Positions 1-10,245 of a stretch of 64,000 nt of DNA are shown here, in pieces. The position numbers and the translations under genes were made by a program. Below the pieces are notes generated by a model. The model searched no databases and was not told the origin of the DNA. It saw only the letters and a program-made list of their open reading frames with translations. How positions within the stretch are numbered: the stretch's first letter is position 1; each line of letters begins with the position of its first letter. The stretch is taken from assembly GCA_963805085.1 (NCBI GenBank), contig CAWDTA010000002.1:896001-960000 (forward strand). The letters are read 5' to 3'. This DNA comes from an uncultured Veillonellaceae bacterium (GTDB lineage Bacteria; Bacillota; Negativicutes; JARBTT01).

Positions 1-38
1 GGTTGTCGAGCTACATGGACTTCTTGTTCCTGTGTCAT
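1..38 (-). CDS. 5' end of a probable EAL/HDOD-type signalling protein (runs off window)
   Basis: Minus strand GAAAGGAG SD then ATG: MTQEQEVHVARQP; 'VARQP' is the usual N-terminus of EAL-HDOD (YuxH-like) proteins. Only 12-13 codons visible. Confidence 0.45.
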   Translation of the reverse strand, partial: MTQEQEVHVARQ

Positions 39-655
39 AATAAGCTCCTTTCATAATTGCCTTTATGCTGTGATAAGGTTAATCAAAGGTAGTACTAGTA
101 GTTGCTTTATAATTTTCTTTATTCTTACTTTAAAGCTAGTTCGATGGATCCGATAATGCTCTGAAAGAGGGTTCTTGACCAATGACACTAGCCATGCAAT
201 TTTTACTATATGCTACTAAAATCGTTAAGATGATATCTTTAGCATATTTTTAGGTTGGTTTCGCAATTTATTCGTTGACCTACTGGTCATAATAATGCAG
301 CAAAGATAAATTGATAGAAAAATTCCAGGCAAAATCAGTTTCAGGAAGAAGTCGTTATGATAGCTTCGAGTGGCACAGTAGTTGTAAATGTGAAAAAAGT
401 TAATATTCAATTAATTCACAAAAATCTTTCTTAATGCAAAGTAATTATTACAGAAACCTTGCATATTATACCATTTTCTACAAAGATAAAAAAAATCCTG
501 CATAATCGGCTCGTGTAAAAGTTTTAACTAGTAAAGAGAAGGACATAGCCTAGCGCGATTATAGCAAAAAAGAGGGTTGGAAATATGATAAATTTTATGA
601 TAAATTGAAATAGTAACTAAAAATGATTTTTTAAAAGTGCAATTTGGAGGTAACT

Positions 656-1078
656 ATGCAATATCGAGTACAAGAAAATACAGATAACGTCGATTGGCAA
701 ATAGTTTGTAAGTTATTAGAAGAAGCTGGCTTGGCAACTCATCCTGTAGAACTGACGAGAAAAGCCTTTGAAAGTAGCTACCGTGTAGTTTTTGTTTTTG
801 ACAATGAAAATTTGATTGGTGTAGGGAGGGCAATTTCCGATGGTGCTTATCAAGCGGCAATCTACGATATTGCTGTGCTGCCTTCCTATCAAGGGAAAAA
901 AGTTGGTAGAATGATTATGGATGAAATTCACAAAGGCTTGCAAAATATCAATAGTATCTTATATGCAAGCCCCGGAAAAGAAGTTTTTTATAAAAAGTTA
1001 GGGTATAGTAATATGCTTACAGGCATGGCAAAGTTTCAGAATCAAGATATAATGCATGAAAAAGGCTTTATCGATTGA
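656..1078 (+). CDS. GNAT family N-acetyltransferase
   Basis: GVGRAISDG..AAIYDIAVLPSYQGKKVG acetyl-CoA motif, FYKKLGY; GGAGG SD before ATG 656. Confidence 0.9.
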   Translation: MQYRVQENTDNVDWQIVCKLLEEAGLATHPVELTRKAFESSYRVVFVFDNENLIGVGRAISDGAYQAAIYDIAVLPSYQGKKVGRMIMDEIHKGLQNINSILYASPGKEVFYKKLGYSNMLTGMAKFQNQDIMHEKGFID

Positions 1079-1127
1079 TCTGAACATAGTTTAATAAATT
1101 TTGTGACCGTATTAGGAGGGCTCAGCG

Positions 1128-1916
1128 TTGTTTTCACAAGAAATAACAGAGCAATATCTATATCATTACACAACCTTGGAAACTGCAATTGAAAAAATAT
1201 TATACTCTGGGCAATTGAGGTTAGGTCCTTTTGAGCAAACCAATGATCCGCGTGAATCACAGAATTGGGGAATTGGCAGTGTTGAAGGTGCGAGAAATGA
1301 TCGTTCCTTCGGTAAGCTAATAGAGTTGATTAATGAGGATAGATTGAAACGATGTAAAGTATTATGTTTGACTAGAGACGATATGGAACATCATCGATTG
1401 GGTTTTGGACGACGTGGTTTTGCACGTGCGAGGATGTGGGCGCAATATGCAGGAAACCATAGGGGAATATGTCTCATCTTCGATGCTGCAAAATTAGAGG
1501 CAATAATCAATAGAACATTAGGACGCAAGGGGAAAATTTATAAAGGAATCGTAGAATACACAGATTCAGTAGCTGCTGTGACAGAAGCATCAACGTTTAG
1601 GCTAGAGAAAGGTTGCAAAGAAAAACTTGAACTGATCGTTAAAAAGCATATTGATCAGTATGCAAATACGATATTTTTCAATAAAAATCGTGACTGGAAA
1701 GATGAAACGGAATATCGCTATGTATTTTATTCGGATGATAGCGAATATCAATTTATCAAAATTGATAACGTCCTAAAAGGATTGGTGCTGGGGGGAGATT
1801 TTCCTCAAGTGTATTATCCAGTCATTGAGTATTTCAAGGAAAAATATTGTTTAGAGGTAAGGTGCATGAGCTGGGATAATGGGATACCTTATATTCGTAT
1901 AGTTGAATCGTTTTAA
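1128..1916 (+). CDS. DUF2971-like protein
   Basis: LYHYT, NDPRE, MWAQYAGNHRGICL, K..DW.DE.EYR motifs typical of DUF2971. Confidence 0.75.
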   Translation: MFSQEITEQYLYHYTTLETAIEKILYSGQLRLGPFEQTNDPRESQNWGIGSVEGARNDRSFGKLIELINEDRLKRCKVLCLTRDDMEHHRLGFGRRGFARARMWAQYAGNHRGICLIFDAAKLEAIINRTLGRKGKIYKGIVEYTDSVAAVTEASTFRLEKGCKEKLELIVKKHIDQYANTIFFNKNRDWKDETEYRYVFYSDDSEYQFIKIDNVLKGLVLGGDFPQVYYPVIEYFKEKYCLEVRCMSWDNGIPYIRIVESF

Positions 1917-2009
1917 TGATTATTTTCAGAGTAATTAGACAATTATTTGTATTTATATGGTAAGTGTATTATAATATTAGTGATTATAACAGAAAGGAGT
2001 TGTTGTTGT

Positions 2010-2066
2010 ATGTTTAACAACACTGCGTTAAGAATTGTAGTAAATGGGGAGGTGTATGCAAAATAA
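2010..2066 (+). CDS. 18-aa leader peptide (MFNNTALRIVVNGEVYAK), putative attenuator uORF
   Basis: AAAGGAG SD at 1993-1999, ATG 2010, TAA 2064-2066; overlaps mutually exclusive hairpins upstream of the rsgA-like gene. Confidence 0.6.
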   Translation: MFNNTALRIVVNGEVYAK

Positions 2067-2120
2067 TTTAGTGTATAAACCTCCCGTAAAGTTCCGATTG
2101 AAACTTTAGGAGGATAAAAA

Positions 2121-2699
2121 TTGAACAGAATAGATATGAAAAAATTGGGACTCAGTCAGAGATTTATCACGGAGTCTACTTTATATACAGGGCTTTATAT
2201 TGGTCGAGTAATTTCCCAGTATAAAGATTTATACAAGATTGCAACAGAAAATGGCGAGTTAGCAGCCGAGATTTCAGGTAAGTTTCGTTTTACGGTAAAA
2301 TTTTTATCTGATTATCCTGAGGTTGGTGATTTTGTTATGCTTGATCGGAACGAGAATACCAGTGGTAATGCGATTATTCACCACGTTTTAACAAGGAAAA
2401 GTGCCTTTATTAGAAAGGCGGCAGGCACATCAAATAATGAACAAATTGTAGCTGCAAAGTGCAAATTTCACGATTGTACACATAGGAAAGAGCCAAACTG
2501 TGCAGTTCAAAAGGCAATACATGCTGGCCTTTTAGCTGAGGAAAGGTTCGTAAGCTATGGGAAACTCCAAAAGGAAGCGCAGTATGAAGGCTTAAATTCT
2601 AAACAGATAGAAACGGAAAAGATTACGACAATGTTTGCTGAAGTGGGCGGGATGAAAAACGCACGAAAGCTTATCAAATCGAAGCATAAAAAAAGATGA
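2121..2699 (+). pseudogene. rsgA: RsgA (YjeQ) homolog with the whole GTPase domain deleted in frame; ORF still open
   Basis: OB-fold N-terminus (VGDFV, RKSAFIRKAAG..EQIVAA) joined directly to the Zn-finger CKFHDCTHRKEPNCAV; no NKxD, GxSGxGKS or DTPG motifs. Confidence 0.8.
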
Positions 2700-2791
2700 G
2701 AATTTTGATATCGTTAAATTTAACCTATTGATATTACCTATATTGAGATCGTCGAAGGGGTGGCAGGAATCAATCGCGACCAATGGAAACT

Positions 2792-2857
2792 ATAATAATA
2801 TAAGAGACCTCATATCGTTATTTTTTATTCACGGTATGAGGTCTCTTATATTATTAT
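2792..2857. terminator. Long inverted repeat, probable bidirectional terminator
   Basis: ATAATATAAGAGACCTCATATCGT ... ACGGTATGAGGTCTCTTATATTAT between convergent genes. Confidence 0.7.
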
Positions 2858-2921
2858 GTCTGTTTTTATAGGTTCAGCTTAAAACTTAACACAGTCTTTT
2901 GGTATAGAGTACGGTATTTTA

Positions 2922-3815
2922 CTACATGGATGTTGTATTGTGCAAAGCAAGCTGCGCAAAATGGTCTATAGTAAACTCACGAAATAAGCGCGCTGCTTGT
3001 GGCAGATAGTGCTCTGCTGTCCAGGATAGTACAAGAGTTCGTTTGCATGCAGGATCTTCAATGTGTAAAAGAAACATTGAAGATCCTGTGGAGCCCTCCC
3101 ATGTAATTGCTGGGAGAAATGCAATGCCTTGCCCAGCGTTGATTAAACCTCGTACTGTTGCAGGATCATCACTTTCAAAGATGATATTAGGAGTAAAGCC
3201 TGCATATTGGCAAAAGTTATCCGTTGTTTCTCTTAGAGGTGTACCAGGTTTTAGATTAATAAAATCATCACCAGCAACCTCTCTTAGGTGGATGCTTTTT
3301 CGTTTAGCTAGGCGATGAGCTGCAGGTACGGCTAGAAAAATTTCCTCTGTTAATAAGGGGAAATTTTCAATTCCATGGAGATTCAGTGGTGCTGAAGATA
3401 TACATAGATCGAAGTCTGGACCGGTAATTGACTTTGAAAAATGCTGCATTAGTTTAAATCTTATATGTGGATGCTTCTGTCGAAATGAGGTCAATAGTCC
3501 AGGGAGTAGATTTGATCCTACAATAATTGCAAGTTTAACATCTCCAAAGGTTTCTCCGATCAAATCGCTTAGTTCACGTTTTCCGTCTTCTAGTAAAGTT
3601 AGTGATTGTTCTACTCTTTTTAAAAAGGTTTTACCAAATTGATTTAACTGTATGTATTTACCGTGACGATCAAATAATTGAACACCAAGTTCTTTTTCTA
3701 AAAGTCCAATGGTTTTACTAAGTGCGGGTTGGGCGATACGAAGTTCTCCTGCTGCTCTTGTTACGTGTTCATAGCGAGCGACTGTCTGAAAATATTTTAG
3801 TTGCAATAAATCCAT
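2922..3815 (-). CDS. LysR family regulator (likely malonate operon regulator)
   Basis: MDLLQLKYFQTVARYEHVTRAA..L.IAQPALSKTI LysR HTH; divergent from mdcA. Confidence 0.9.
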   Translation of the reverse strand: MDLLQLKYFQTVARYEHVTRAAGELRIAQPALSKTIGLLEKELGVQLFDRHGKYIQLNQFGKTFLKRVEQSLTLLEDGKRELSDLIGETFGDVKLAIIVGSNLLPGLLTSFRQKHPHIRFKLMQHFSKSITGPDFDLCISSAPLNLHGIENFPLLTEEIFLAVPAAHRLAKRKSIHLREVAGDDFINLKPGTPLRETTDNFCQYAGFTPNIIFESDDPATVRGLINAGQGIAFLPAITWEGSTGSSMFLLHIEDPACKRTLVLSWTAEHYLPQAARLFREFTIDHFAQLALHNTTSM

Positions 3816-3828
3816 AATTTTACCTTTC

Positions 3829-3865
3829 ATATACTTATATATATAAGATATATATATAAGTATAT
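3829..3865. promoter_or_regulatory. Perfect 17-bp AT-rich inverted repeat in the lysR/mdcA divergent region, possible operator
   Basis: ATATACTTATATATATA-aga-TATATATATAAGTATAT. Confidence 0.45.
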
Positions 3866-4020
3866 ATTGGACGTTATGTATTTGACAAGTATATAATCCA
3901 AATTAAGAAAGAAATAGATTGAGAAGTTGTTCGAAATTATTTCTTTAATTGAATGATCATTCAAAGGCTTAGTTTGTACAAATTTAAAATCGTTATACAA
4001 AGAAAGGGGAATAATACAGC

Positions 4021-5682
4021 ATGAATCAATTGAATTTTAATCTCAATTCTCAGCGTTCATGGACTACTCGTCGTGATAAGAAAGCCGATCAAATTTTTCA
4101 AGTAGAGCGCATAGTGAAAGGTAAGGTCATCCCCACGAACAAAATAGTTGAAGTACTTGAAGTCCTTATCGCATCTGGGGATCGCGTAGCTTTAGAAGGA
4201 AATAATCAAAAACAGGCATCTTTTCTTTCTACAGCTCTTTCACAAGTAAATCCAGATAAAATTAGCAATTTACACATGATCATGTCAAGTGTTTCAAGAC
4301 CAGAACATCTTGATATTTTTGAAAAAGGAATTGCAAAAAAATTAGATTTTTCTTATTCAGGACCTCAAAGCTTGCGTATGGCACAGATGATTGAGGATGG
4401 GAAAGTGGAGATTTCATCAATTCATACTTATCTTGAATTATATGCACGGCTTTTTGTTGAGCTTACGCCAAACATTGCATTGGTTGCAGCAGATAAGGCA
4501 GATGCAGCGGGAAATCTTTATACAGGGGCGAATACGGAAGAGACTCCAACGATAGTTGAAGCTACAGCGTTTCGTGATGGAATTGTTATTGCTCAAGTTA
4601 ATGAACTTGATGATGATCTACCTAGAGTTGATATACCTGGTTCATGGGTAGATTTTGTGGTTGTCGCTGACAAGCCATATCAATTGGAAGCTCTATTTAC
4701 TAGAGATCCTAGAAATATTACTGAAACGCAAATTCTTATGGCAATGATGGCTATTCGTGGGATATATGAACGTCATAATGTAGCATCTCTTAATCATGGA
4801 GTCGGTTTTAATACGGCAGCCATAGAATTACTTCTTCCTACTTACGGTGAATCACTTGGACTCAAGGGGAAAATTTGCAAAAACTGGACGTTAAACCCAC
4901 ATCCTACATTGATTCCTGCTATTGAAAGTGGTTGGGTAGAAAGTGTGCATTGCTTTGGTGGAGAAGTAGGTATGGAAAAATATGTTGCAGCACGACCAGA
5001 TGTTTTTTTCACAGGACGTGACGGAAGTTTACGTTCCAATCGTGCAATGTGCCAAGTTGCTGGTCAATATGCTGTTGATATGTTCATTGGATCAACTCTC
5101 CAGATGGATGGTGATGGAAATTCTTCAACTGTTACGTTAGGTAGGCTTGCTGGTTTTGGTGGCGCTCCTAACATGGGATCTGATGCTCGTGGTCGAAGAC
5201 ATGCATCAAATGCATGGTTAAATATGATTACTGAGGATAATGATATTGCTCGTGGACAAAAGTTAGTTGTACAAATAGCTGAAACTTTCCAGAAGGGAAA
5301 TGCTCCTGTTATTATAGAATCTCTTGATGCAATTCAAGTTGGACGTAATGCTAATTTACCAATTGCTCCAGTGATGATTTATGGTGATGATGTTACACAT
5401 GTATTAACTGAGGAAGGAATTGCTTATTTATACAAAGCACATAGCTTGGAAGAACGACGTCAAGCATTAGCTGCTATTGCAGGGGTAACTTCAATTGGAT
5501 TACAACATAATCCTAAAATTACTGAAAAATTAAGACAAGATGGAATTGTCGCTTTACCAGAGGATCTTCAAATAAGACGAACTGATGCCAAACGTTCCTT
5601 ACTAGCAGCAAAGAGTATCGATGATCTTGTGAGCTGGTCTGGAGGGTTATACGAACCACCAGCTAAGTTTCGTAGTTGGTAA
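4021..5682 (+). CDS. mdcA: Malonate decarboxylase alpha subunit
   Basis: LEGNNQKQA, IHTYLELYARL, SLNHGVGFNTAAIELLLPTYG, C-terminal PPAKFRSW. Confidence 0.97.
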   Translation: MNQLNFNLNSQRSWTTRRDKKADQIFQVERIVKGKVIPTNKIVEVLEVLIASGDRVALEGNNQKQASFLSTALSQVNPDKISNLHMIMSSVSRPEHLDIFEKGIAKKLDFSYSGPQSLRMAQMIEDGKVEISSIHTYLELYARLFVELTPNIALVAADKADAAGNLYTGANTEETPTIVEATAFRDGIVIAQVNELDDDLPRVDIPGSWVDFVVVADKPYQLEALFTRDPRNITETQILMAMMAIRGIYERHNVASLNHGVGFNTAAIELLLPTYGESLGLKGKICKNWTLNPHPTLIPAIESGWVESVHCFGGEVGMEKYVAARPDVFFTGRDGSLRSNRAMCQVAGQYAVDMFIGSTLQMDGDGNSSTVTLGRLAGFGGAPNMGSDARGRRHASNAWLNMITEDNDIARGQKLVVQIAETFQKGNAPVIIESLDAIQVGRNANLPIAPVMIYGDDVTHVLTEEGIAYLYKAHSLEERRQALAAIAGVTSIGLQHNPKITEKLRQDGIVALPEDLQIRRTDAKRSLLAAKSIDDLVSWSGGLYEPPAKFRSW

Positions 5683-6530
5683 AAACTAAAATGAAATATT
5701 GGTGGGATAGTGAGATTGAATGTGGTGAGTTGCTTGGGAGGTTAGCAGTTTCGGCACTGATAGAAGAAGCACAGCTTACCCCAAAGCCAGCGTTGGTAGA
5801 TAGGAATACCTCTGGAGCGCATACAGATCTTAATATAGATATAATGCTTCGGTCAGCCAAAGCATTATATAGTACTTTCACAGAGATAGGTAGAGTAGCT
5901 TTTTTGCAAAAACCAAGTCAAATGATGCGGGAGAAAATCGCTATTATTGGGCGTAGTGGGGAAGAAATAATGTTAAATGCAACTGGAGGAACTAATACCC
6001 ACAAAGGCGCAATATGGGCACTCGGATTACTAACTGCGGCGGCGGCAATAAACAAGCCTGGTACAGCTGCAAAAGAAATTGCAGTAACGGCTAGTGAAAT
6101 TGCTAGATATTCTGATACATTGGCAACTAAAAAAGTATCTAATGGAAGTCTTGTGATACATAAATATGGCGTGCAAGGAGCAAAAGGGGAGGCTCAAAAT
6201 GGATTTCCTCATGTTGTTGACATCGCTTTACCAGCTTTGTATAAAGCTAGAGAACGTGGTATTCCTGAATCTTTTGCAAGAATTGATACACTTATAGCAA
6301 TTATAGGACATCTGGATGATACATGTTTATTGCATAGAGGTGGTCTGGAAGCGCTAATGGCAGCTAAGAATGGAGCAAGGAAAGTATTGAAGGTAGGCGG
6401 AACTTCCACTGAAGCAGGGTGGAGTGCACTTCATAAGTTAGACCAAGAGTTGGTTAACCGTAATGCTTCGCCAGGTGGTAGTGCTGATTTGCTTGCTGCT
6501 ACATTGTTTCTTGATAAATTGAATGGTTGA
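5676..6530 (+). CDS. mdcB: Triphosphoribosyl-dephospho-CoA synthase (CitG family)
   Basis: LTPKPALVD, ATGGTNTHKGAIW, DDTCLLHRGG, SPGGSADLL. Confidence 0.93.
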   Translation: MVKTKMKYWWDSEIECGELLGRLAVSALIEEAQLTPKPALVDRNTSGAHTDLNIDIMLRSAKALYSTFTEIGRVAFLQKPSQMMREKIAIIGRSGEEIMLNATGGTNTHKGAIWALGLLTAAAAINKPGTAAKEIAVTASEIARYSDTLATKKVSNGSLVIHKYGVQGAKGEAQNGFPHVVDIALPALYKARERGIPESFARIDTLIAIIGHLDDTCLLHRGGLEALMAAKNGARKVLKVGGTSTEAGWSALHKLDQELVNRNASPGGSADLLAATLFLDKLNG

Positions 6531-6622
6531 AAAAGAATTAAAATCTTACTAATTCAAAATATGTTTCAAAAGAATGCACATTGAATATGAGTTATCTTAT
6601 TAAATTTTGGAGGTGGCCCAAT

Positions 6623-6931
6623 ATGGAGAAATTGACATTTGAATATGCCGCAACTAAGCCTATAGCTCAACGTGCATATGTAGGCGTAGTGGGATCTGGA
6701 GACTTAGAAATTTTGATGGAACCATCAAAAAAACAAAAATCATATGTAGTTGTAAAAACTAGATTTGATGGATACGGAGAAATATGGAAAAATATATTAA
6801 ATAGATTCTTTGATTCTAATAATATCATTGCAAATATTGAAATTAACGATTTTGGTGCAACACCTGGTGTCGTTACCATGAGACTTTTACAAGCTTTGGA
6901 GGTGAGTAGTAATGAATATAATGAAAAATAG
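6623..6931 (+). CDS. mdcC: Malonate decarboxylase acyl carrier protein (delta)
   Basis: GVVGSGDLEIL (prosthetic-group Ser), INDFGATPGVVTMRL; GGAGG SD before ATG 6623. Confidence 0.93.
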   Translation: MEKLTFEYAATKPIAQRAYVGVVGSGDLEILMEPSKKQKSYVVVKTRFDGYGEIWKNILNRFFDSNNIIANIEINDFGATPGVVTMRLLQALEVSSNEYNEK

Positions 6932-8606
6932 TTTTGTAGAATTAAAAGCGCGTGAACGTGCAAACGCAGTTCTTGATGAGGGTACATTTAGGGAACTACT
7001 TGACCCATTTGAACGTTTCCAATCTCCTCACTTGGAACTTCAAGATATTGTTCCGCAGAGTGATGATGGGGTTGTAATAGGTCGCGGATTAATTGAAGGT
7101 GAACCTGCAGTTGTAATTTCTATGGAAGGTGCGTTTCAAGGTGGCGGTGTTGGTGAAGTTTCAGGAGCCAAAATTGCTGGGGCATTAGAATTAGCAATTA
7201 GCGATAATGAAAAAGGTATACGTACTCGTGCGGTAGTATTGTTTGATACTGGTGGTGTAAGGCTTCAAGAAGCTAATTATGGATTGCTTTCAATTGCTGA
7301 AATTCAGTCGGCAATAGTTGCCTTACGCAATTATGTACCTGTGGTTGGTGTTATCCCTGGGAAAATTGGATGTTTCGGTGGAATGTCTATGACAGCAGGA
7401 TTATTTAGTACTTTAATTATTACTCGCGAAGGCAGATTAACATTAAACGGCCCTGAAGTTATCGAACAAGAGGCTGGAGTGGCTGAATTTGATTCCAAGG
7501 ATAAGCTGCTTATTTGGAAAACTCTTGGTGGTGAACAGCGTCAGGCTATTGGATTAGCTGATGTTCTTGTTGAAGATGATGTTGCTGATATAGTTGAAGC
7601 CGTTAAAGCTGCTTTTAGAAGAGGAAAACCATCCCAACATAAAAGTGAGCAGGTAGATCTTTTTCTTTCTCGTCTTAAGGCAATTGATCCTATACAACCT
7701 TTAAACCCAATGCAGCTTCGTGGAATGTGGGGACAAGATGAATTTACTAAAAAGGTTGTAGCAAAACAAGAAGAGAAGCAATGTAAAAATGAAGTAGTAA
7801 TGAGTAGAGGTCGATTGTGGTTTGAAAAATTAACGGGTATATCAAATCCAAAGACTGGTGATGTTTCATCAGTCTTGTGTGCGGATGCTACATTAGGAGA
7901 TGAGACTGCTCGGTATATTGCGGTAGTACCAAATCCAAATAATCGCTTCCCTCGTGTACGTCATGGAGAAGTAGGCTTAGAAGAAGGCTGGACTATTGCA
8001 AAATATATTCGTGAAGCAATTGCAGAAGATGCTGGGAAGGAAAAGCGTCGTCCGATAATTGCTGTTGTAGACGTACCAAGCCAAGCTTATGGATATAAGG
8101 AAGAATTACTTGGTATATTCCAGTCTTGTGCTGCAGCAGTAGATGCATATGCAACAGCAAGATATGCGGGACATCCGGTGATTTCAATACTTGTTGGGCC
8201 TGCTATATCAGGAGCTTTTTTAGCTCATGGCTATCAAGCTAACAGGATAATTGCCTTGGATGATCAAGGGGTTTTGGTACATGCTATGTCGAAACAGTCA
8301 GCAGCAAGAGTTACGAAACGTAGTGTTGCTGAACTAGAAGAAGCTGCAAAGAAAGTTCCATCAATAGCTTATGATATTCGTTCCTATTCTACACTGGGAA
8401 CTTTACATGAATTATTAAGTGGTATTAATGCAGATGCACCAGTCGGAGCGGATATTGAAACTGTAATGAATAAATTATCTGATGCCATAGAATCGGCTCG
8501 TACTTCACCGCGAGATTTAAGTAATCGTCTTACTTCAGATAATGCACGTACTGGTAGAACGGCTTCAATTAAAGTCCGTAAAAGATTAGCGGAAACATGG
8601 AATTAA
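6912..8606 (+). CDS. mdcD: Malonate decarboxylase beta/gamma (MdcD-MdcE fusion) carboxyltransferase
   Basis: DTGGVRLQEANYG, LNGPEVIEQEAG (beta) then GEVGLEEGW, VDVPSQAYG, SGAFLAHG (gamma). Confidence 0.92.
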   Translation: MNIMKNSFVELKARERANAVLDEGTFRELLDPFERFQSPHLELQDIVPQSDDGVVIGRGLIEGEPAVVISMEGAFQGGGVGEVSGAKIAGALELAISDNEKGIRTRAVVLFDTGGVRLQEANYGLLSIAEIQSAIVALRNYVPVVGVIPGKIGCFGGMSMTAGLFSTLIITREGRLTLNGPEVIEQEAGVAEFDSKDKLLIWKTLGGEQRQAIGLADVLVEDDVADIVEAVKAAFRRGKPSQHKSEQVDLFLSRLKAIDPIQPLNPMQLRGMWGQDEFTKKVVAKQEEKQCKNEVVMSRGRLWFEKLTGISNPKTGDVSSVLCADATLGDETARYIAVVPNPNNRFPRVRHGEVGLEEGWTIAKYIREAIAEDAGKEKRRPIIAVVDVPSQAYGYKEELLGIFQSCAAAVDAYATARYAGHPVISILVGPAISGAFLAHGYQANRIIALDDQGVLVHAMSKQSAARVTKRSVAELEEAAKKVPSIAYDIRSYSTLGTLHELLSGINADAPVGADIETVMNKLSDAIESARTSPRDLSNRLTSDNARTGRTASIKVRKRLAETWN

Positions 8607-9238
8607 ATCCACATGATTTATTGATACTAAGAGATTTTGATGATCTTATGGGAATTTCGACGAGGCCTCAATGGGTTGACGAAGTGCTGGAGCAGTCACC
8701 GCTTGTAGTGGTGAGGCGTTCACCATTTAAAAATGATAGAGTGCCAGTAGGCGTACGTGGAAAAACTAGAGATCAGCGTTTTGCTGCAACGATATTATCT
8801 AACAATATTGCTAAGCAAATTACTCCAGAAGAATTTACAGCTAATAAAGTGTGGAGAACTAATAAGCATATTCGTGAAACAGAAATGTTTTCTGCGATTG
8901 AACTTGTAGACAATATTTTAGCTGCCAGTGGTCTCGATTGGGGACCAACTGGCAGCCTAGGATTTGAACTTGCTAGTGGCATGCCTACTATTACGAATAC
9001 AAGTGATTTAGATATTGTAGTTAGGGTTCCTAATTTTCTATCGACTAAGATTGCACAGCAAATAGTTGAAAGGATTACCAAAGTTTCGGTTAAAGTAGAT
9101 ATACAACTTGAAACACCAAATGGAGCGGTAGCTTTATTTGAATATGCACGAGATAATAGTAAGGTATTGCTCAGAACTATGAATGGACCCTGTCTTGTTA
9201 CGGATCCGTGGACTCAGGAGAAAAAGTTGGAGGGATAA
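8597..9238 (+). CDS. mdcG: Malonate decarboxylase holo-ACP synthase
   Basis: PHDLL, VVVRR, VGVRG..R.QR, WGPTGSLGFELASG..SDLDI. Confidence 0.92.
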   Translation: MELNPHDLLILRDFDDLMGISTRPQWVDEVLEQSPLVVVRRSPFKNDRVPVGVRGKTRDQRFAATILSNNIAKQITPEEFTANKVWRTNKHIRETEMFSAIELVDNILAASGLDWGPTGSLGFELASGMPTITNTSDLDIVVRVPNFLSTKIAQQIVERITKVSVKVDIQLETPNGAVALFEYARDNSKVLLRTMNGPCLVTDPWTQEKKLEG

Positions 9239-9239
9239 T

Positions 9240-10166
9240 ATGAATGTAGCATTTCTATTTCCAGGTCAAGGTTCACAACAACCTAACATGCTCCATGAGT
9301 TGCCAAAGCATCCTGCTATTACAGCAACGCTAGAAGAAGCTAGTAGTGTACTCTGCGAAGATGTACTTTCATTAGATACAGAAGCTGCACTTTCATCAAC
9401 CTATGCGGTTCAGCTTGCTTTACTTGTTTCGGGAGTAGCTATGGCTCGTGCATTAAAAGCTCAAGGAGCTAGTCCAGATATAGTTGCGGGTCACTCAGTT
9501 GGATCCTTTGCAGCAGCTGTTGTGGCTGGGGCTTTAGACTTTTCAGATGCATTGACATTGGTTCAGTTAAGAGGAACACTAATGGAAAATGCGTATCCAG
9601 CTGGTTATGGTATGGCTGCTGTAGTTGGATTAGATGAAAGGCGTATAACAGCATTGGTAGAACAGGTAAGTTCACTTGGTGTGCCAATCTTTATTGCAAA
9701 CTTGAATGCGCCTGATCAAATCACAATTGCCGGTAGCTTATCAGCAATAGAACAAGTGTTTATTTTAGCACGTTCTGCAGGAGCTCATAAGACGCAATTG
9801 CTCAAAGTCAGTGTACCTTCACATTGTAAACTGCTTGATTCGATTTCTGATGAATTAGCAAAGAAAATTTCTAGGGTTAAATTGAGTCCGCCACATATAC
9901 CGTATGTGGGAAATTGCAGGGCAAGAGCACTTAGATCGGCTGAAGAAATTAGAGATGATCTTTCCATGGGAGTAGCAAAACCGGTTCGTTGGCATGATAC
10001 TACGACATTAATTTTTGAGCTAGGCGTAAGACTGTTTGTAGAGGTTGGACCAGGACAAGTACTTACTAATATGGCTAAAAAAGCATTCCCTGTTGCTCGT
10101 TCTATATCTACAGTGGATAGTAAAATTGAATCTACAATTATTTTAGTAAATCGTGAAAAAGAGTAA
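9240..10166 (+). CDS. mdcH: Malonyl-CoA:ACP transacylase (epsilon)
   Basis: FLFPGQGSQ, GHSVG, VSVPSHC, EVGPG. Confidence 0.92.
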   Translation: MNVAFLFPGQGSQQPNMLHELPKHPAITATLEEASSVLCEDVLSLDTEAALSSTYAVQLALLVSGVAMARALKAQGASPDIVAGHSVGSFAAAVVAGALDFSDALTLVQLRGTLMENAYPAGYGMAAVVGLDERRITALVEQVSSLGVPIFIANLNAPDQITIAGSLSAIEQVFILARSAGAHKTQLLKVSVPSHCKLLDSISDELAKKISRVKLSPPHIPYVGNCRARALRSAEEIRDDLSMGVAKPVRWHDTTTLIFELGVRLFVEVGPGQVLTNMAKKAFPVARSISTVDSKIESTIILVNREKE

Positions 10167-10245
10167 TATAGTTAGTTTTAATCAATTTATTGAAAAGTAT
10201 AATGAACGTTATTATTTAGGAATCGATAAGCAATATATTTGATAA

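Noticed and set aside
135-192. Possible riboswitch (GCTAGT...ACTAGC stem with a CTCT-GAAA-GAG loop) upstream of the EAL/HDOD-like gene
   Set aside because: Does not match c-di-GMP-I/II or another consensus I recognise; pairing is short.
6912-8606. MdcD-MdcE fusion as a novelty
   Set aside because: Beta/gamma fusions are already known in Firmicute malonate decarboxylases.
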